From Bugula neritina (Eukaryota > Animalia > Bryozoa), in contig OZ037770.1 in the NCBI GenBank assembly GCA_964035545.1, forward strand, positions 12,204,642 through 12,268,641: a stretch of DNA of 64,000 bases, given 5' to 3'. A model generated the notes under the pieces. The model saw nothing but the letters and a program-made list of their open reading frames with translations. It had not been told where the DNA came from and made no database searches. Positions within the stretch are counted from its first letter, which is position 1. The number at the start of each line of letters is the position of its first letter. The translations under genes were made by a program, and so were the position numbers. Positions 21,935 through 37,400 of the stretch are shown here, piece after piece.

Positions 21935-24395
21935 ATGGGGTTCAGTACACAGGTAACTAACATTTCTAAAACCTTATAGCCTATTGTTTTATGAGCTAGA
22001 AGCGATTTCTTATGTAATAAATATTTATTTTATACCGAAGTACAAATTATATAAGTGCTAAAGTTTTCAGGTTTCAAAAAGTTAGCTGTAGCTAACTGAA
22101 ATTGTAATTTTCCTTGAATTTGTTTGTAACGGTAACCCAGATCCTCACTTTGACTTTCTTTAAGTTTAAATTATATTCATTTTCATTCTGAGATTTGAGT
22201 TTGACTTTCAGATAAGGTGTTTAATTTGTATGTCAATATTTATTGGTATGCTCTTGTTACATTAATATCATTGGAAAAACTGAATTGTTATAGCTAACCT
22301 GCTAAGCAATGTAAAACTAAATGACTAAATCAGCCCATTAAATTTACTATTATCATTATGAATAAGATTATACTTCCAACACACAATCCTGTACTTAATT
22401 TTATATACTTATAGCCAATAAGCTGTGCTATTAGCATTACACTTGCTGGAGTATTTCAATATTAAATTTAATATAATATATCAGATGTTATCATAGAAGA
22501 CTGAAAAAGATGAACCAGTTCATGGTTCTGTGTAAAATTTCTGGAAGCATAATTCGAAAATTTTCTCACAGTCGCTTCTTTTTTTAAATACAATGTTCAA
22601 ACTTGAAATCATTATTGTAACAGTTGTATGAATATGTATTTCTATATTTGCAGCCTGTTTTGATAGATGCCCGAGGGCATCTTCTTGGTCGATTAGCTGC
22701 CACTATCGCCAAAACTCTTCTCCAAGGCCAGAGAGTAGTAGTTGTAAGATGTGAAGAGATCAACATCTCTGGGTCTTTCTATAGAAACAAATGTAAGTTA
22801 CATTGAAGTATTCAAATCATTCGATAATTAATGAGAATATGTTGACCATTTTTTACAACACCTTGTAAATACTTTAAATGATTTATTTTAAATAATCCAA
22901 CAGTGTTTTGACTTTTTTTCACTTTTGTTTAATTAATTATAGCTAGTATTTACACCTAATTTCTCAACGTGTTGTCATGTCTGTGATATGCAGTCAATCA
23001 ATCAGAATACAGATAATTAGTTACTAGTCAGTATTCAAGTATGTAATGTTTCATTTTTTATCACTTTCCAGTAAAATACTTGGATTTCTTGAGGAAGAGA
23101 TGCAACACCAACCCTAACCGAGGACCATACCATCTTAGAGCTCCCTCCAAGATCCTCTGGCGAGTAATAAGAGGTGAGTTGTCACAGCAGCAGTAGGCTA
23201 GCAGGATATTTATTGTCAGCTGCTTTACTTCCTGTTAGTCTGTAATCAACTGGTATATCTATAAACCGTGAAACGTGAAATAATTTCCATCACCCAGGTA
23301 TGCTTCCACACAAGACTAATAGAGGCAAGGAGGCTCTTTACCTGTTCAAATCATTTGAGGGTATCCCAGCTCCTTATGATAAGATGAAGAGAATGGTCAT
23401 CCCATCAGCCCTTAAGATCACCAGGATGAAGCCTACTCGCAAGGTTAGTAACTTTTCACTCCATACCTCGCTCCTTTTATTTGGAAGATACACAACATTT
23501 TCTATTGACTGGCCAAGTTTATAGTCACCATCCCTGTGAGAAACCCCTGGTGAAAAGGGTTTTTTGGCTAAGGGCTTGTTCAGATGGGGCACAGGTGCAA
23601 TTATAACTGTATGCTCTTCCTAACACCACCAATGGCCTTTATCAGGGTTCTAGGCAAACGCTCTAACCCCTAGACCACGGCTGCTCCATATACACAGGAA
23701 TTTCTATGTGGTCATCTTATTATGTAAACATTGCAACTTTTAGTTCTGTCGTCTGGGACGTCTCTCACACGAGGTCGGCTGGAAGTACCAGTCTGTCATT
23801 GCCACTCTGGAGGAGAAGAGGAAGGTCAGATCACACAAGTTCCACGTTCAGAGGAAAAAGACCCAGGTACGTGTCCAATCGACTCTTTTTCGTGACTTGA
23901 AAATTTTGTTGAATTTTTGATGGCTGAAGTTCTTGCAAAGCATAGTGATGGTGTCAATTCAAGCAAATAATTTTCCAACAAATAATTCCTCGATTACTTC
24001 TAAAGAGTTTGTTGTATATAAAAAAAATTTATGCATTGGCATTCTAGTCTATGTTCATTAGAATAATACAGAGTGTTGATTTTGTAAAACACTAACAGCA
24101 ATAACTCTAGCCTGCTGGCATTAGATTTACATACTGATTATTGTGCACACACTAAAGCAGTTAATTCTTAACACCCTTCAGTAGATTTTACACACAATAC
24201 TAGATGCCATCATCTGCCTCGTTTAAACCTGCTTGCTTACTTGCTTTATTCAATGAATCGCCAATACTTACCACCACACTGGTCATTTGAATGTTTTTGT
24301 TTCAGAAACTTGAGCAAACAGCCAAGAAAGTCTTGTTGGATTCAGGCAGAGCAGCTAAAGTACAGAAAGTCATTGAAAGCTATGGCTATAATTGA
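21935..24395 (+). CDS. RPL13A: 60S ribosomal protein L13a (uL13), 205 aa
   Basis: join(21935..21952,22654..22792,23072..23173,23298..23443,23744..23866,24306..24395): [53 protein letters not shown] near 24420. Confidence 0.98.
23517..23687 (-). mobile_element. tRNA-derived SINE copy in RPL13A intron 4
   Basis: Minus strand reads GGAGCAGCCGTGGTCTAGGGGTTAGAGCG (A-box-like)...TGTTAGGAAGAGCATACAGTTATAATTGCACCTGTGCC...CACAGGGATGGTGACTATAAAC. Confidence 0.75.
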
Positions 24396-25450
24396 ATGTT
24401 TATTTAATTTTTCATCTGAAATAAACTGATAATTTTGACACTCAGTTATTGCTTATGTTTTGCCAGAAATTCAGCAACTCTGCAGTCAACTCTCATTCAA
24501 TTGATGAGTGCTAGAAAACACCATTTTTCTTCATATTGAGCAGTAATTTGTAAAATAACTAATATATTTTGTATCAATAGCTGCTAGTACAGTGCATATT
24601 CATGTTCTTTATTCAACCACAGTTAAAATTGAAGAGCAAAACGTTATGGTGTATCCTCTCAACAGCTCTATTATGTGTGTGGTTGTCTCCCAAAGCAACA
24701 TTCAACTCCTCTATTTTAATGATAGTGTGAAATAGCTCAGCAGTGCAGAAACAGGCACTTGATATTGTATTCATAAGAACATCTGCATTACATACACCAT
24801 CTTCTGTCTCACTTATGTTTTTGTGGGGCAGATAAAAGCATGTGTTGAAAACTACTAACTGTTCTGATAAAAAGTAGCGCTTTTTAAGTCTGGAACTTCC
24901 AGGTTTCGCTGCTCAGTGGTCAAGCAGTGAGGAAGGCTGGTGCTACTTTTATGCTATGTATTTTTGCTACAACATTTCTAGCAGAGTAAAAAAGCAAGAG
25001 AAATTCTCATCACAGTTGCAATAAAAACTGGGCCAACTACATTAAATACCAAATGTAAACTACAAAGTACAAGATTATACATATCTGAACATGATGGAGT
25101 AGAAGGCCTAATAGGACGGAATAAATAGATCAAAAGTATAATAAAAACTCAGACACATGAAACTCTGTACATGGATCTGAAAAACAGTTGAGGTTATGAT
25201 GAGTATTGTAAACTCTGCAAAACTTGCTCTCAGTACAAATTGTATGCTACTACAGTCTACATCACTGGAAGAATAATATATATCACACTAAAAAGTAACA
25301 TCAGAAACTTGAGCAGTCCAAGTGCTTGCCATTTAATTGGCTGACAGTTTCAAAAACTAAGTTAGTTACATTAAAAAGAGAACAACTCCTAAAACTGCAT
25401 AATTTTCATGATAAAATTATTCGTAACAGTTTTATAGGGTATGGTGTAAA

Positions 25451-28400
25451 CTACATTGTATCTTCCCAGGTGGGTGATCTACTTCTAAACATGGCTGTGC
25501 TCATTACTAGGCTAGTGTAATTATCATCATTTGCTGCGGACTTGATGTTTGCCAACTGATTCAATTCCGGAGTTCCTAGCCTGTAAAACAAATGAGTTAT
25601 GAGTGGATACATAGCAGATATACATTGTAATAAAATAGCAATAACGTTGAAAGAACAAAACTAATATACGAAAGATTTTCAACCTTTCAGTATTGAATTT
25701 TGATGGCACACTCAAATTTAGTTAATATAGTCTGTCTGGCAATATTGAAATCAATGCACGCATTACAATACTATGAAATTCACTATTAGCCTACAGCATG
25801 ATCATGACCATGGCAAAAATATTACAAGAGCTCAAAATAAGTTTGGAATAAATAACAGTTAATTTCTCATTAAATGCTGGCAAAACTAATAATAACATGA
25901 CAGCAATGCACATCACATGGTTATGAACTGAAGAATTCAACATTTTAACCATTAATCCTCAAATAAAGTTAGCTTTTCTATATATTTTTTTCAAATTGAA
26001 GCATGCGATGGGGGAGGGGTTAATACTTTCTTATAATTACAGGAGTTGTCATCTCACAGTCTTCATTTAATTCTAAACAGTTGCCATCAGCTTTGAGCTA
26101 TGAAACTCACTTTGGTTTAGGAATATGCAGAGTTTTCCTTTTAGACCAGTCATGACTAGTGGAGGATAGTTTAGCCTCTGCTTCACCAGTAGAAGCACCC
26201 GTATCGGCAAGCATAGTCGAAGACATAGGCATTGAGGAGTCCATCACCCATGCCGACGTCTGCGTTTGTGTTGAGAGCCCAGTCTAAACAGTAACACATA
26301 AATAATATCTGAGGCTTTGTTTAGAACTTTTAGAATTAAATTTGGTATGAAGTTTATACATAATACCAGAGCAAATAATTTTAACAAACAACTTGGAGTT
26401 GTATGCTCAACATTATCATTTGCCCAGAAATAAAGGCATAGGATTTCTGATGAAAGCCACTAATAGGCAATAACAATTAGATATGCAGCAATACAGAAGT
26501 ACTGCACTTGCAATCAGCAACTCTCCACTAGACAATTAGCAAATTCAGAGGTATAGAAAATGTTTAATTGTGTGTTTTCAAAAGTTAAATTAAACTTGTC
26601 AAAGTGCTACCTGTTCAATATGTTTATTGTTGAAAAACAACAAGCATTAAAAATAATTATTTAAAACATGACACTTATAAGTAGTTATCTTACCTTTTCT
26701 AGCTTAGCCACCTGATCACTCGCAGTATAGGGGGAGGTGGCAAACTGTGAATAGGGGTCGCCTGTGGACCCAAGACTAAGTGGTTGATGAGGCACCACCA
26801 CCTCTTCTTCTACTAGAAAATATTACAACACACCTGAAGTGAGACTCTAAATACATCAGCCAAGATGGCTGAAAACACATCAAATCCATTTAGTGAGAGT
26901 TTAGGGGTGAAGGGCATATGTTTAAAAAGCATAGTTACTGTTACCATAGTTACGCCTAGTTGTCATCATAAAGCTACACTGTGTAACAGTTAGGTATTTA
27001 CTTTAAAATATGTCTGTTATTGCAATTTCTACCATTACTGCTGCCGCTAAAACCTCTGCCGCCAACTTTTTTCATAAACTTACTGTTCCTTCTGTTAACA
27101 TTACCACTACAGATTATGAAGAATATGTTGATAACTTTTCATGCAAACCTTAAACTCCTTATGTGTATTGTATCTTAATTTCAGCTCAAATTAAGGTAAC
27201 CATATTATGTTTCTTTAAGCTCACCTTTTTTGGCAGATTTTTCTTTTTTTGTTTTTTCCTTTTTATCCTTTTTCTTTTTCTTCTCCTTGCTGGATTTACT
27301 TTCCTTGTCAGACTTTTTACTAGCAGAACTTCTGAAATAATCATTTATATTTTTATTTTTCAATATAATAAATAACAAATACTTTTGATTAATGTTAAAA
27401 ATAGAATCAATTTTTTAATCAGAAAGTTAACTGAATTCAACTAAATGATAGATAGATAAAGTATTGTTACGTACAAATTCTACAAAATTATAAAAGGTTA
27501 CCAGTACTACCACTCTCACTGTTACTGCATGCTGCTATAACAGTGACCACATTTACTTAAGACTAATATTGCTACTATTACGCCACACTTACTTAGAACC
27601 GCTGCTGTCACTTGAACTGCTACTTGAACTGCTACTTGAGCTACTACTTGAACTACTGCGCTTCTTTTTCTTTTTCTTACTCTTTGACTTACTACCAGCA
27701 GAAGACTCTGGCTTCCTGTAAACATATGCATTCTCTCCAGTCAAACGAGTGAAACATATTTTCAAAAAAATTATTTTAGCAAACACTTCAATAATTATAA
27801 TTGCAATATATTTAATTGCTCTTGTAAGCAATTACTGCAATTTGAGGTACTAAAAGTGTTGGAGGAAAACAAGTTCATTTCAAAACTTTTATAGTAAAAG
27901 CAGCTCCTGAACCAATCAAATTCAACTTGAAATATGCCGCAAATACAAATGATCTCCAATAGTGTAAGTGATATTTATTTTGCAAGTGACATTATTTTTT
28001 AAAAAGACACAAAGCTTTGACTGCGTTTCCATGACTTCACAATATGATAATGGATGCTCATACAGATGGATTTGTGATTGCTGTTTGCATGAACTTAAGG
28101 TGATGGTTTCATTCTATGCAACTGTTTCCAAAGGTCAAGTGAAAGATTCATTCAAATAATGTGATTCTATGCACCTTTCTATGTATTGGCAAAATAAAAA
28201 AAGAGAAAGAGGGAAGAATTCCTACTTGATAGATTTAGAAGGTGAGGGAGAGGAGGCAACTTCTAACATGTTGTCTAATAGTCGATGCATTCTTGATCTG
28301 TTGCTGTCCATTTCTTCAATGATCTCTTCAGTGTCCATACCAGTGTCACTATCATCATACTGTGCAATTGGAGAGATCATTGATATAAAATGCTATACAT

Positions 28401-31400
28401 TTATACTGATGTAATAGAATGCAATAGTCACCCACAAAATTACCTTTCATTATACAGTGTGTTCTAAACTTACAACAATTTAAACTACAAGTAATAATGA
28501 AATCTAGCATAGGAAGATGCAGGCTACAAGAATATAAATTTTAAAAAATTAATTAAAAAATATATAAAACATTTTTATAATTCAAATAAATATAATATGA
28601 ACACAGATTATATTTTTCTGACATAAAATTGCAATATTATTTTACCGTACGATGACGACGCTTTGACCTTCCAGGAGATGACCTTGACCTTGATCTGATT
28701 GAGCCGTGCATAGATCTGTCATGTTGTTTGTTTCGGTAATACTCCAGCTCTGCCATGTCTGCCTATTAACATACGGTTAGTTTAGAGATTAAATCTATCT
28801 GAAACCAAGCAAGAATTTATATATGATCTAATAAACACAAACTTGTGGTTATTATGTAATAGTTCCAGCCAAACATATATTATCTGGTTGTCTACTCACT
28901 TTTTGATTACAAAGTTTTCTGATGCAAAACTCAAAGTATTTAAGGAAATAGGCAAAAAGTTTTGACAGAAGACCGCTGTTTCCAACAGACTGAATAATAT
29001 TATATATACATTTATTATTTAGTAGTTACTATTGCTAATTAAAATCATCAACTACACTATTATTATACTAGTTAAATTTAATAAACATTTATTAGGCCTT
29101 ACCAAAATCTGAGATAAAGAACGAAGTTGCAAGGAATAAGACTTAGACATACTATTTTGTTACTGGCACACAATAATATAACTAGTTCTACTATAAATAT
29201 CTTGCACATTCCAAAAATACTATGAATATTTTCATTGTCAGCAAATATGCAAATTTTTAAGTTTATTGCACTGATTCCTCATTTATATTGCCTTTCATTA
29301 GAAGACTTGCACTTTACAGAATAAAGCATGCAGTGAAAAATACACATACGGTAGACTAAAGAGAAATATCAGGTTAGTTTCAATGAAAATGAATGCTGGG
29401 ATTGACTTGCATCACCCATGAGATTCCACAATCACTCACTGCTGGTGATTTTTACTATCATTATTTAAATCGAGTTGTTACTTGTGTAGTGGTAACATGA
29501 AAATATTCAGTAAAACAGGAGTTTTTTTCTTACAAAGACAAATTTCAGATTACCTACACGAAACTTGACCAATTGCAAACTCCCAACAATATTCAAAGTT
29601 TAACACTAAATAAAATCTGGTTCAAATATTATTATTATATCTAGTGAGTAATTTATGAAAGATCAAGATAATCACAAACAAAAAAGTTCATCACAACTTT
29701 TGGCATTGCTAAAATAAAAGAATAATTATCTAATAAAAAATTATTTATTCATATTGAAAAATTATTAGAATGGCCATATTTTTAAATGTTAAGATTTTAA
29801 CAAGAGATGTTGACATCGCAAACATGTGAACTCACTAAAAAATTATTACATTGGGCCTTCATTCAAGATTATTAAAAAAAATTCATAATGAAGAATTATA
29901 ATAGAATAATATTTTTAAATGTAACGAAAAATTGTTGACATCACAAAATTGTGAAGCCACTGAAATAATTTTTACAATATCTATAAATGAGAGAAGACTA
30001 AATCGAACAAGCTAGGCTGGTTAGCTTACTAAACTAGTAAACAAAACTCAATACTCACTGGACTAGTAACGAGGTAGCGGCGAGATTGGTCAAGTGGAGG
30101 TAACCTCGAAACGCTGGAATATACAGGGTCAGCGTAGCTATCACTAACGAGACTAGGCGCTATCCGGTTGTGCTGCCGTATTGACCTACTTGTGTGTGAC
30201 CTTGAAGAACGGTGGCTTTGCGGAGGACTGCTACAAGCAAGAAAGATGCATGTGTATCGAAATCCTTTGAATGATTTTTGAAAGAATAACTAATGACTGA
30301 TTAGTATGCTTGATATTATGGAAAAGCTTGGTGACTTCACGTTAACACTGTAAATTTCCGATTGCTTAGAAATTACAGCAATTGTTGCACAGTTTTCAAC
30401 TTATAGTGCATTTATGGCGTATTACTACGTTTCAAATTTTGAAAATGGTAGATCTATTAGTTTAGAATCATCCAGCTAGTGTAGCAACAAAAAATCTTCT
30501 GCAGAATTGATATATTTTTGAATTGAAATAAAACTTCATTATAATAATTTATCACATAAAAACCTGAACTACTTGGTACATAATCATGTACCAACTAATT
30601 AGAAATTGTGTATCACATGACCTAAAGTCGTGTATCACATGACCTAAAATCATGTACCACATGACCTAAAGTCGTGTACCTAATAGATGACTCATTAGAA
30701 TTCTTGTTCTTAGAATCATCAGAAAATCCATCATCTGGTGACTCAGTTTTGCGTTCAGGTCTGGGAACTTTGCCAACAGCACTAGTTTCAGGGGTGGGAA
30801 GTGCCCTTCCCCCAGGTTTTTGTGGCGGTACCGAATTTATTGCTGTTAACTGAGGCTCCTGCTTACAACAAAATCATCCAATAAATTAGCTTGAGCACAA
30901 ATAACATGGTTATACACAGATTATAACTTAAATTAATAATAAACAATATATAGTTTAATTTAAAATCAATTAAATATTTCTCCAAAAAGAGAATATTGTT
31001 GATGTACCCAAGTACTTTGACAGAACCTATTATCGGACACCACATAAAATAAGGTTTTTAAGAACTGAAACCCATTATTTGATCGGTTTGCAGAACGTCT
31101 CAGCAGCCTTTGACATATACACTTATAGATGAAAACAGAATGCCAGTGGAAGCTACGAAATACCGTTGCAAGAGGAATGGCCGAGAGCAGCTGAGGTCTG
31201 TCTGCCATCTCGACATCGACTCTCTTGAACTCGGCTCTGTTTCTGTTTTGACCAGCCACACAGCAGCAGGCACACCAGATAATAACACCTGAAGTATGGG
31301 AAGAGCATGCATGTGTGTTTCCTATAGCATGTATGTTATATATCAGCATTGAGTATATATATTATATGTAGCAGTATATCTGCAATGCATTGCCTTATAT

Positions 31401-34400
31401 TATTGAATATATTTACTACATGTAGTAAACATTATATTGTATGTATGTACCATATGTAATAGTATATCTGCAATGCATTGCCTCGTATTATTGTATATAT
31501 TTACTATATGTAGTAGACATTATATTGTATATTTGTACCATATGTAATAGTATATATGCAATGCATTGCTTCGTATTATTTGATATATTTACTATATGTA
31601 GTAAACATTATATTGTATATTTGTACCATATGTAATAGTATATATGCAATGCATTGCCTCGTATTATTTGATATATTTACTATATGTAGTAGACATTATA
31701 TTGTATATATGTACCATATGTAATAGTATATCTGCAATACATTGCCTCATATTGCCTGCAATATGAAAAAACTACAATCTACAATGTATTGCTGTGTATT
31801 GTATCTATCTAGTACATGTAGTGCAGTTGGTAATGTATTGCCATGTATTGTACGTATATACTATGTCTAGTATATCTGCTAACTGTAATACACTATTACA
31901 GTGTACTGTGTAAACCTACCATATGTAATTTAATCTAAAAGTTGCAATGTATTGCATTAAAATATAGCATGCAGTATGTGTGAGATTGAACTATATAGCA
32001 TGTGACAATGTACATGAGCATTTCATTATGTTGTACAAAATTATCACCATACTTATAGTGCACACCATATCAATTTACAATTAGATTAAAATCTTACATT
32101 CCATTTGAAATTGGGCTTCAAAATTGCACTATTTTATATACACAAACCTCAAAAAAAAATTAGTAGCAACATTTAGTCCCTATGCCAAAGAAAAACAAGC
32201 CATGTCTGAAAATATTTCTCCACTAAACAATTCCCTTTAGAACTGCAATATAAATGCTTGGTAGATCACCGCAGTATGTTGGCACTGTGTTCATAGATGT
32301 TTTATTTAAGAATTTTGTTCAGTTACTGACGTTTACTGTAAACCCACATAACACCTCAAACCCAAACAGACTAATTTTTTACTAGATGATTAACAACTGT
32401 TAGAATCCTCTGTAACAGGAATTCTGCATAGTAAAACCAACAAGTATGGAGTGCATTGTATTTTGAAAAGTTTAACCTCATCATGAAATCAACTTAAAGA
32501 ACAAGCTTTGAGTACTTTACCTATAACCACCAGCCCTCCAATAATAGACAAGGTAATAACAAGACCAAGTTCTAGTTTAGTCAGCGCTGGTGGATCTGTG
32601 GAAGTGTACAGCTGCGTCCCATCCGAAGCTAAACAATTAAAGAAAAAAACACACCCTTAGGCTATTTTATCTAAGAGATCATTTGGTAAAAAGGCTACAA
32701 GAAAGTATAGGGTTTTATATATATATATAAATAAATTACCCTGAGCAGCCACGACAACTGGGTACTCGAGCTTTAGGGCCGCTTCCTGTGTACTTAGACT
32801 GTCCACAGCCCTTTCAACTTGTAGTGCCGTTAACAGAGTGTCCTGCTGAGCTACTGCGTATGTCAAGGTCACTCTCTCTGGTATTGAGGGATTCACTCGA
32901 GCTGTGTGCATCAGCTAAGAAACATAACGTCTGCAACTTAACCTCTTAGCTTAGTTATACACAAGTAATGCAGATATTATTAGTAGGGCAACTCCCATAT
33001 GTTGATCTCTCATCCCTGAGTGATATATGCCTAAGACATTATTTGGATGGAGCTCTGTTTAAATGAGTGCCATTTCAATAAATTTTATTAAATGCCAGTT
33101 GCCAAAAATGATAAAAATGTTTTTCCTTGCCAAGGAGTTGAGATTTTTACTGTACTAACAGCTATTCAAGTTTTTTCAGTTAGAAACTATTCTGAAAATT
33201 CTTTATTTGAACTTGAAGTCGTTTGAGGAGTTATATTTGTTCAAACAACACTTGACTGTAACATAACATGATTGTATCCTCGAGTACCATACGAGGTACG
33301 ACAACTCCAAAATTATATTTGAACAATACCTGCACTTTATAATCGCCTGATGTAGCAACTCTCTTTCTTCTCCCACCCTGAGGTGTGAGAATATAACGCA
33401 GGAAAGCTGTCCTACAGAGTTTAGCTAGCCTTAGTTCCATTGTCTCTCTCCACGATTTTGATCTTATGTTCTGCGACAATGGTACACTGATTACTAAAAA
33501 ATATTATCAATATAACATGCTAAATTTAAAACACGTCGAAATAGAAAAATTTATGTTCACTGAAATTTTGGCTGAATCTTTGAGTCTTATTTAGACTTCA
33601 GAGTGAAATTTTGTGCTAAATATTTACACTTCAAAACGCTATCATTTGAAAATTGCTTTGACAACCAACATTTAGAACATGTTTCTCAGAACTACTTTGC
33701 AACAAAAATTAAGCTAGACTGCCATGTACTTTTAATTGCTTTCCATCAACTTTCTATTCAAAACAATATAGTAATTAAATATATTTATTTCTGTTGTTTA
33801 TTATTGTATTAGCTTAAGATAACACTGAAGGAACTAACAGGTTATATAAATATATAGGATGTATTTAAATTATGATATGCATAAATAGCGACATAAATTG
33901 TGATATTGTATGTTAACACTGGTCAACACATACTGAATAACAATCATGATTTACTCCTAAGTTTAAAGTTTTATAAGTTGATAAAACTATGATAACTTAT
34001 TTCTTTGACGTCCTCAACTTTAGTGCAAATTTTGTACATACAGATTTGAATAGCAAAGCATACAGAGAACTAGGAAGTTCGCGTAATCTATGTTCTAGCA
34101 CTGCTTACACCAAACTACTCAAATAAAACTCAAGATAGGATTATTCGTGTTTACTCAATAAGTACTATCGAATGCCATAGCCCTACAAGCAGACTTCAAC
34201 AGGAAAAATAAGCCATCTGGTTTTACAGTGTGTCAATGGGGTGTTGGTTTGAATCAACAGGAAAAGACATTTAATAAGTTGCGCCGTTAAGACACTTGAC
34301 TAGAGCCATGCCAGACTTACCAGTGAATATAACGTTTTCTGCATAGAGCGAAACAAAAGAAACTGGAATCAGCGTTGATCCGTCAAGTAACGGAACTGTG

Positions 34401-37400
34401 GTGGTTGCTTTATCAGTGGTGGTTGAAGCAATAGTGGTTGCAGCGGTTGTGGTAGCTGCAGCGGTGGTTGCAGCGACAGTAGTGGTATTATCAGTGGTGG
34501 GCATTATCGTAGAATTTGTAGCAGTAACAGCTAAACATGAAATAAAAACTCAAATAATATAAGATACAATTTGAACTTGTAATAATTACATAAGAATTAA
34601 AAAATTATGCATATGCCTAAAGTTAAATTACTGTTTCAACAGTATAAAAACAAATAAACTTTTACAAATGTTCACCAAAATATTTTTGGAAGCAGTTCAT
34701 CAGTTTACGGCTATGCTAACATAAAACTTTAGTCAGCAAAACATTTCAATATCGAAATTTATATCAATAGCCAACAGAGAAACATTTTTTTAAATTCTAA
34801 AATAATTACAAGTTAATAAATACTCACCCGATTTAAATTAATTAAAAATGTCTGAGTTTATCTAAAACGAACACGTCAGCCAGGTTACAGGTGTGAGGCA
34901 TGTCTTAATTCATATTAAGTTAATCATAATTAATTAATTATGATTCAACTTTGTTAACATGTATAAATATTAGTGAAGCAAAGCACTCATCTAAACTAGA
35001 CTTTCCCTTGAAAAATGAAACATGTAAACTTCTTTATAGAAAAGAGAAAATTTTTGAAATGTGTTTTTTGGGTTGATTAATTGTTAGGTATTAGAAAGAT
35101 TAGATATTCACACCATTTCCTACAACAAATTAATTTCTAGACAGGACATAAGTCATAGAAATAGCTGTTGAGTCATTGTAAAAACTCTCAAATAAATTTA
35201 CTACAACATCATGGGCCTTAAACTATGTTATAACTTAGTATATTGCTGCCTCACCCTTATGGGCATATACAGCAACAGTAAAAGTGTGTATTTCTATCTC
35301 ATTCACCACATGCCTAAACAGTTTTAAATATATTTAGAATAATATAGTAGCTGACAAGCACCAAGATAAAGCATTGGTAGACACTGTAAGCAGCAGATAA
35401 CTGTGCAAGAAATGGTTAAAATCAGCTTACTTGTTGAAAGCACTGGAGATGCAGTTGATGAAATGACTGGCGTTGTCACAGATGTGGTTGCTATAGTGGT
35501 GGTTGTAGTTGGTATTGCCATGGTCGTATTTGGAGTAGGAACTGTTGTTGTATTTGGCGCTGCTGTAGTGACTGCAGGCATTGGTGTGGTTGTAGTTGAT
35601 GTTGTATTTGAATTTGGTGCAGCTGTAGTGGTAGTGCGTATTGTTGTGGTTGTATTTGGTAGTGTTGCAGTTGGTGCTATTACTGTGGTAGTATTTGGTG
35701 CTGATGAAGTAGATGCTGGTGTGGTGCCACTTGTTTCTGTTGTATTCACAGTTACTGTAGTTGTATTTGGTGCTGTTGTTGGAGTAGATGCCGGTGTGGT
35801 GCTACTTGCTTCTGTTGTATTCACAGTTACTGTGGTTGTATTTGGTGCTGTTGTTGAAGTAGATGTCGGTGTGGTGCTACTTGTTTCTGTTGTATTCACA
35901 GTTACTGTAGTTGTATTTGGTGCTGTTGTTGGAGTAGATGCTGGTGTGGTGCTACTTGTTTCTGTTGTATTCACAGTTACTGTAGTTGTATTTAATACTG
36001 TTGCAGAAGAAGTAGATGCTGGCGTGGTGCTATCTGTTTTTGTTGTATTCACAGTGACTGTAGTTGTATTTGGTGATGTTGTTGGAGCAGAAGGCGGCGT
36101 GGTGCTACTTGTTTTTGTTGCATTTACAATTACTGTAGTTGTATTTGGTGCTGTTGTTGGAGTAGATGCCAGCGTGGTGCTACTTGTTTCTGTTGTATTC
36201 ACAATCACTGTAGTTGTATTTGGTGCTGTGGTTGGAGTAGATGCCAGCGTGGTGCTACTTGTTTCTGTGGTATTCACAGTTACTGTAGTTGTATTTGGTG
36301 CTGTTGTTGAAGTAGATGCCAGCGTGGTGCTACTTGTTTCTGTTGTATTGACAGTTACTGTAGTTGTATTTGGTGCTGTTGTTGAAGTAGATGCCAGCAT
36401 GGTGCTACTTGTTTCTGTTGTATTGACAGTTACTCTAGTTGTATTTGGTGCTGTTGTTGAAGTAGATGCCAGCATGGTGCTACTTGTTTCTGTGGTATTC
36501 ACAGTTACTGTTGTTGCATTTGGTGCTGTTGTTGAAGTAGATGCTGGTGTGGTGCTATTTGTTTCTGTGGTATTCACATTTACTGTAGTTGCATTTGGTG
36601 TTGTTGGAGTAGATGCTGGTGTGGTGCTACTTGTTTCTGTTGTATTTACAGTTACTGTAGTCATATTTAGTGCTGTTGTTGGGGCAGATGCTGGTGTGGT
36701 GCTACTTGTTTTTGTTGTATTTACAGTTACTGTAGTCATATTTAGTGCTGTTGTTGGGGCAGATGCTGGTGTGGTGCTATTTGCTTCTGTTGTATTCACA
36801 GTTACTGTAGTTGCATTTGGTGCTGATGTTGAAGTAGATGCCGGTGTGGTGCTATTTGTTTCTGTAGTATTCACAGTTACTGTAGTTGCATTTGGTGCTG
36901 TTATTGGGGCAGATGCTGGTGTGGTGCTACTTGTTTCTGTTGTATTGACAGTTACTGTAGTTGTATTTAGTGCTGTTGTTGGAGTAGATGCTGGTGTGGT
37001 GCTATTTGTTTCTGTTGTATTCACAGTTACTGTAGTTGTATTTAGTGCTGTTGTTGAAGTAGATCCTGGTGTGGTGCTACTTGTTTCTGTAATATTCTCT
37101 GTTACTGTAGTTCTATTTAGTGCTGTTGGAGTAGATGCTGGTGTGGTGCTATTTGTTTCTGTTGTATTGACAGTTACTGTAGTTGTATTTTGTGCTGTTG
37201 TTGAAGTAGATGCCAGCGTGGTGCTATTTGTTTCTGTTGTATTCACAGTTACTGTAGTTGCATTTGGTGCTGTTGTTGGAGTAGATGTTGGTGTGGTGCT
37301 ACTTGTTTCTGTTGTATCTGTAGTTACTGTAGTTGTATTTAGTGCTGTTGTTGGAGTAGATGCTGGTGTGGTGCTATTTGTTTCTGTTGTATTCACAGTT

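Noticed and set aside
21953-24305. Intronic C/D snoRNAs expected by analogy with vertebrate RPL13A
   Set aside because: No convincing RTGATGA...CTGA pair with a terminal stem seen by eye; an Infernal/snoscan search would be needed to exclude them.
27084-27106. 23-nt micro-exon candidate in the mucin gene
   Set aside because: It has AG/GT ends, but inclusion breaks the frame between the flanking phase-1 junctions; not included in the model.
33996-34127. Plus-strand peptide NFSANFVHTDLNSKAYREL resembling a SEA-domain start
   Set aside because: Wrong strand for the host gene, short, and without supporting splice sites; likely chance.
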